64,000 bases of DNA from Acidimicrobiia bacterium (lineage in GTDB: Bacteria > Actinomycetota > Acidimicrobiia > Acidimicrobiales > JANYDT01), in the NCBI GenBank assembly GCA_031429095.1, contig JANOYY010000037.1:74593-138592 (forward strand). Direction: 5' to 3'. The position numbers were made by a program, and so were the translations under genes. A model generated the notes under the pieces. The model ran no database searches and was not told the origin of the DNA. It saw only the letters and a program-made list of their open reading frames with translations. This document shows, piece by piece, positions 60,508 through 64,000 of the stretch. The stretch's first letter is position 1. Each line of letters starts with the position of its first letter.

Positions 60508-63275
60508 CGTCGCCTCGCGGCGACGAAGCCGGTATCCGTCCGGTGCCTGGAGGTGATGCGGTACTGGTGGACGGTTCAACGATTCAAGTCCGCGCGCTCG
60601 TGCGCGCTGACCGAGCTGGAGTGGTTGCATTCGTGAACGAACTCACGCCGGCGAGTCGTCGCCGTCGGTTCTTCAGTTCGTTTGTGAAGGTTGAGGGGCG
60701 GCTCCTCGAAGGGCTTGTCGAGGCGGACCAAATCGACGCGTTAGCAGTGGTCGCGGAGCGCTCAGGGGAGATAGTGGGCATCGGACAGGCCCACCGAATG
60801 CGGGCAGCAAATGATAGTGCGACACGCAGCAAATCATCCGAGGTGAGCGCTGAGGTTGCGTTCGTCGTTCTTGATGCGCTGCAGGGGCTCGGGATCGCAA
60901 CGCTGCTTCTCGAATCGCTGGCCGCCCGGGCACGACGGGTTGGTATCACTCGGTTCATCGCCACAACAGCGGCTGAAAACAGTGCGATGCGAGGTGTATT
61001 TCAGGCTGCGGGGTATGCCACCGAGATAGAGCGAGACCCCGGCGACGTTTCACTCGTCACGATAAGCTTCTCGACGGTTGACGATCCAGACGCCGCCCTG
61101 GCCAGATATCACCGCGAACGGATCGCGACAGTCGCATCGCTCCACGCACTTCTCCAACCGCGCTCGATTGCAGTCATCGGAGCTTCACGAGACAAGAATA
61201 CCGTCGGTGGCCGGGTGCTTCTTGAGCTGGTCGTGAACGGCTTCACCGGTTCGATTGTGCCGGTCAATCCGCACGCTGAAAGCCTGGAGGGTATCGCCGT
61301 AGCCCGATCCATTGGCGAGGTTTCGGGACCGATCGACCTTGCGATCATTGCAATCCCCGCGGCGCAAGTTGTTGACGTCGTAAAGGAGTGTGCGCAAGCG
61401 CACGTCAGATCACTACTCGTTCTCTCCTCTGGATTCGCCGAGATCGGGCCTGAAGGTCGAGAGCGCCAGCGGATGCTTCTCGCAGCTACTCGAAGCGGAG
61501 GAATGCGACTGGTAGGGCCAAACTGTCTCGGCATCGTCACGTCGGACCCACTCATAAGTATGCATGCCGTGTTCACGTCGATACCGGTCGCGGTGGGATC
61601 CGTTTCTTTGATGTCGCAGTCAGGAGCTGTTGCGATCGCGATTGCGTCATTGGCCCGTGACATGGGAATTGGTATGTCGTCGCTCGTTTCGGTGGGAAAC
61701 AAAGCAGATGTCAGCGGCAACGATCTGCTTGAGTACTGGGACGAGGATCCGAATACGAAGGTAATCGCCTTGTATCTGGAATCATTCGGAAATCCGCGGA
61801 AGTTTGGCCGCATCGCTCGTGCAGTGAGCAGAAACAAGCCAATCGTGGCGATCAAGGCTGCCCGTTCCGTCGCCGGTTCGAAAGCTGCCGTCTCGCACAC
61901 GGGTGCCTTGGCAGCCAATGACTCTACCGTCGATGCGTTGTTTGACCAGGCGGGAGTGTTACGTGTCGACGAGCCAACTGAGCTTTTGTCTTTGGCGTCG
62001 GCGCTTGTTCAGTCGCCGCTTCCCGCGGGACGTCGCGTTGCTGTGGTTGGGAATGCCGGTGGTCTGGCCATCTTGGCTGCTGACGCGTTGTCTCATGAAC
62101 GGCTCGTTGTTGCGACGCTCGAGGAAGCCACGATCGCTGCCATTCGTCGAGAGGCGCCAACCAACGCAGCCTTGAGCAATCCGATCGATCTCACGGCCTT
62201 AGCGAGCCCGGCACAATTGAAACAGGCTCTTGAGGCTGTGTTGGCTGACGTCGGGGTGGATGCCGTCGTCGTTGTGCTCGTGAGTATGGACCTTCAGGCT
62301 GGAGATGCCTATCGGAGTGTTCTCAACAGCCTGGTGGTCGGCGCAGGAAAACCCATGATTGCAGTGTTCGCTCCAACTACGAGGTCTGGAGTTCTCGTGG
62401 GTGAGTGTTCGTCCGTCGGCGGTGCCGTACCGATTGCTGTGTCGACGCGAGAAGCTGCACTCGTGATTCGTCGGATGGCCGAGCGATCCGAATGGCTCGC
62501 CAACATCGAAGAACCCGACCTTCCAATTCGAAACGAAGAGCTCACCCGGATCCGAAAAGTTGTAGGCCCGATCGCCGAACAACAACGAGAAGCAACGATG
62601 CTTGACGCCGTCACGGCCTCGGAGATTTTGGCGATGGCCGGCATCACAGGCAAACCACCGGTGTTTGTCGCCAATGAAGATGCGGCGATTGAGGCTGCAC
62701 GGAGCATTGGCTTTCCAGTCTGCCTGAAGATTGCCAATCCCAACGTCGCTCATCGAAGCGACGTCGGTGGAGTTCACCTGAATTTGAAGGATGACTTCAG
62801 CGTTGCCGCTGCCTTTCGATCGCTCGAACTCGGGATTCGCAGTGACAAGCCCGGAGCACTTGTCCAAGCAATGTCGCAGCCAGGAATTGAGATGATTGTC
62901 GGCGTACAGAACAATTCGCAGTTCGGTCCAACCGTGTTGGTGGGCTCAGGCGGCCGAACCGCCGAACTGTGGCGCGACACCGCGATCCACCTTGCTCCGC
63001 TCGGCCGCTCGGCGGCGCGCACGATGATCGAGTCGCTGCGCTGTTACCCGCTGCTCGACGGATTTCGCGGCGCGCCCAGGCTCGACCGAGAAGCACTCGT
63101 CGAAACAATTGTTCGTCTGGCCCAATTGGGGGCGACGGTGCCTGAACTTTCGGACGTGACCATCAACCCGGTGATCGTACATTCACAGGGCATATCCGCC
63201 GTGGACATCAAGGTGCAGGTTGCCCCTGACGCCAGCGATGGTCGCAACGAGTTGCGCCTGCTACGACAGGGGTGA
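60489..63275 (+). CDS. GNAT acetyltransferase fused N-terminally to an ADP-forming acyl-CoA synthetase (CoA-binding, ligase-CoA and ATP-grasp domains); Pat/ACD-like
   Basis: The GNAT core is 'VLDALQGLGIATLLLESL'. The CoA-binding domain is 'PRSIAVIGASRD...VNP', the phosphohistidine-type loop is 'AVSHTGALAAN', and the C-terminus is an ATP-grasp. An alternative GTG 60504 would give a GTGA overlap with arcC. Confidence 0.85.
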   Translation: MDDPLVTSPRGDEAGIRPVPGGDAVLVDGSTIQVRALVRADRAGVVAFVNELTPASRRRRFFSSFVKVEGRLLEGLVEADQIDALAVVAERSGEIVGIGQAHRMRAANDSATRSKSSEVSAEVAFVVLDALQGLGIATLLLESLAARARRVGITRFIATTAAENSAMRGVFQAAGYATEIERDPGDVSLVTISFSTVDDPDAALARYHRERIATVASLHALLQPRSIAVIGASRDKNTVGGRVLLELVVNGFTGSIVPVNPHAESLEGIAVARSIGEVSGPIDLAIIAIPAAQVVDVVKECAQAHVRSLLVLSSGFAEIGPEGRERQRMLLAATRSGGMRLVGPNCLGIVTSDPLISMHAVFTSIPVAVGSVSLMSQSGAVAIAIASLARDMGIGMSSLVSVGNKADVSGNDLLEYWDEDPNTKVIALYLESFGNPRKFGRIARAVSRNKPIVAIKAARSVAGSKAAVSHTGALAANDSTVDALFDQAGVLRVDEPTELLSLASALVQSPLPAGRRVAVVGNAGGLAILAADALSHERLVVATLEEATIAAIRREAPTNAALSNPIDLTALASPAQLKQALEAVLADVGVDAVVVVLVSMDLQAGDAYRSVLNSLVVGAGKPMIAVFAPTTRSGVLVGECSSVGGAVPIAVSTREAALVIRRMAERSEWLANIEEPDLPIRNEELTRIRKVVGPIAEQQREATMLDAVTASEILAMAGITGKPPVFVANEDAAIEAARSIGFPVCLKIANPNVAHRSDVGGVHLNLKDDFSVAAAFRSLELGIRSDKPGALVQAMSQPGIEMIVGVQNNSQFGPTVLVGSGGRTAELWRDTAIHLAPLGRSAARTMIESLRCYPLLDGFRGAPRLDREALVETIVRLAQLGATVPELSDVTINPVIVHSQGISAVDIKVQVAPDASDGRNELRLLRQG

Positions 63276-63423
63276 TGTCACGATGCGTTGGCCAGCGAGC
63301 GAGCGCTCGTGAGGGGAAACCGAGCGGTGTTTCTCCAGCCGACCTCGATGGCCGTGAAAAGCCAAGGCGGCAATGGCCAGTGATTCCGCAACAACGGTCA
63401 GCGATGAATAATCCAAACAGTGT

Positions 63424-64000
63424 TTACGGCTCCCCGGAGCGTTGCTCCGATGGAGTCGGGGCGGCTGCCCCGGTCATGTATGAGCCAAGCTCCTGGGGAG
63501 TAATCGCCGCCGGGTCGAGCTCGGCCACCACTCGTCCGCCAAACATAACGAGGAGCCGGTCAGCCAGGCCGATAAGTTCATCGAGATCAGCCGAAATCAA
63601 CACAACACCCATTCCTTGATCGCGAGCCTGACGAATCTGTTCCCAGATTGAAGCCTGTGCGCCCACGTCGACACCCAGGGTCGGGTGGGCAGCGATGAGG
63701 AGCCGAGGGTGCGCCGACATCTCCCTCCCGATTACCAGCTTCTGCTGGTTCCCTCCGGAGAGTGCTTGGGCGGTCACGTCAATGTCGGGCGTCTTTACGT
63801 CGTACGCGTCAACAATTTCTTCCGTATGTGCACGTACTGCTGTTGTATCGATGAAAAAGTCACCTGGGCCGTACGTGTTGGCCGGGTCAGTTTGATGGCC
63901 GAGATAGATGTTCTCCCACAGGGACGAACCCATCAACAGGCCCTGTCGCTGTCGATCGCCCGGGATGTAGCCGATTCCCAGATCTCGCCGATCCCGGGTG
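63424..64000 (-). CDS. Sugar/nucleoside-type (CUT2-like) ABC transporter ATP-binding protein, C-terminal part (5' end outside window)
   Basis: The frame is open to the window end ('GIGYIPGDRQRQGLL...'). The signature 'LSGGNQQK' and Walker B 'LIAAHPTLGVD' belong to a second NBD. Confidence 0.8.
   Translation of the reverse strand, partial: TRDRRDLGIGYIPGDRQRQGLLMGSSLWENIYLGHQTDPANTYGPGDFFIDTTAVRAHTEEIVDAYDVKTPDIDVTAQALSGGNQQKLVIGREMSAHPRLLIAAHPTLGVDVGAQASIWEQIRQARDQGMGVVLISADLDELIGLADRLLVMFGGRVVAELDPAAITPQELGSYMTGAAAPTPSEQRSGEP

Noticed and set aside
63272-63619. A 115-aa plus-strand ORF after the GNAT-ACD gene.
   Set aside because: It overlaps the 3' end of the convergent ABC ATPase gene, which has clear signature motifs. 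It has no motif and an odd composition.
1-64000. Mobile elements, prophage, integrase or transposase genes, toxin-antitoxin pairs or recognisable anti-phage defence systems.
   Set aside because: No such gene, terminal inverted repeat or tRNA-flanked island was recognised anywhere in the window. Composition looks uniform apart from the hup upstream region.

Overview
This is a high-GC, gene-dense chromosomal segment with about 66 protein-coding genes. Many gene junctions are 4-nt ATGA/GTGA start/stop overlaps. The gene content is clearly actinobacterial: cofC plus F420/LLM-type oxidoreductases, a SigK/RskA-type ECF pair beside fasciclin genes, HU with a Lys/Ala-rich tail module, PBP4 and an LmbE-type deacetylase. 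A finer taxon cannot be assigned from the sequence alone.

Layout:
- 1-17 kb: housekeeping and envelope genes (gltX, TrmH, M23 peptidase, two Cas4-like nucleases, Nfu-type Fe-S carriers, xseAB, PBP4, HU, cofC, ECF sigma/anti-sigma).
- 17-39 kb: mixed metabolism and transport (fasciclins, RNase HII, MATE, BVMO, photolyase, ABC-2 exporter, MenC-like enzyme, MFS).
- 39.6-53.1 kb: a catabolic cluster with LLM oxidoreductases, an acyl-CoA ligase, SDRs, a LigB-type dioxygenase, IclR, an amidohydrolase, an acyl-CoA dehydrogenase pair and a Rieske oxygenase alpha/beta pair.
- 54.4-63.3 kb: a stress-type island with two USP units, a BON protein, phosphoketolase, a carbamate kinase and a GNAT/ADP-forming acyl-CoA synthetase fusion.

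No rRNA, tRNA, CRISPR array, transposase, integrase or prophage gene was recognised by eye.

Most notable observations:
- DosR-like GGGAC palindromes lie in front of the USP and phosphoketolase units.
- An unlisted 51-codon ORF has a textbook C2H2 zinc-finger signature.
- An exact 17-bp motif is shared by two promoters of the catabolic cluster.
- An acyl-CoA dehydrogenase beta-type gene is frameshifted.
- HU is split into a fold gene and a separate Lys/Ala-repeat gene.
- Two Fe-S Cas4-like nucleases are translationally coupled, and one lacks the catalytic D-x-K.

All functional calls rest on motif and family recognition by eye. No database search was run.
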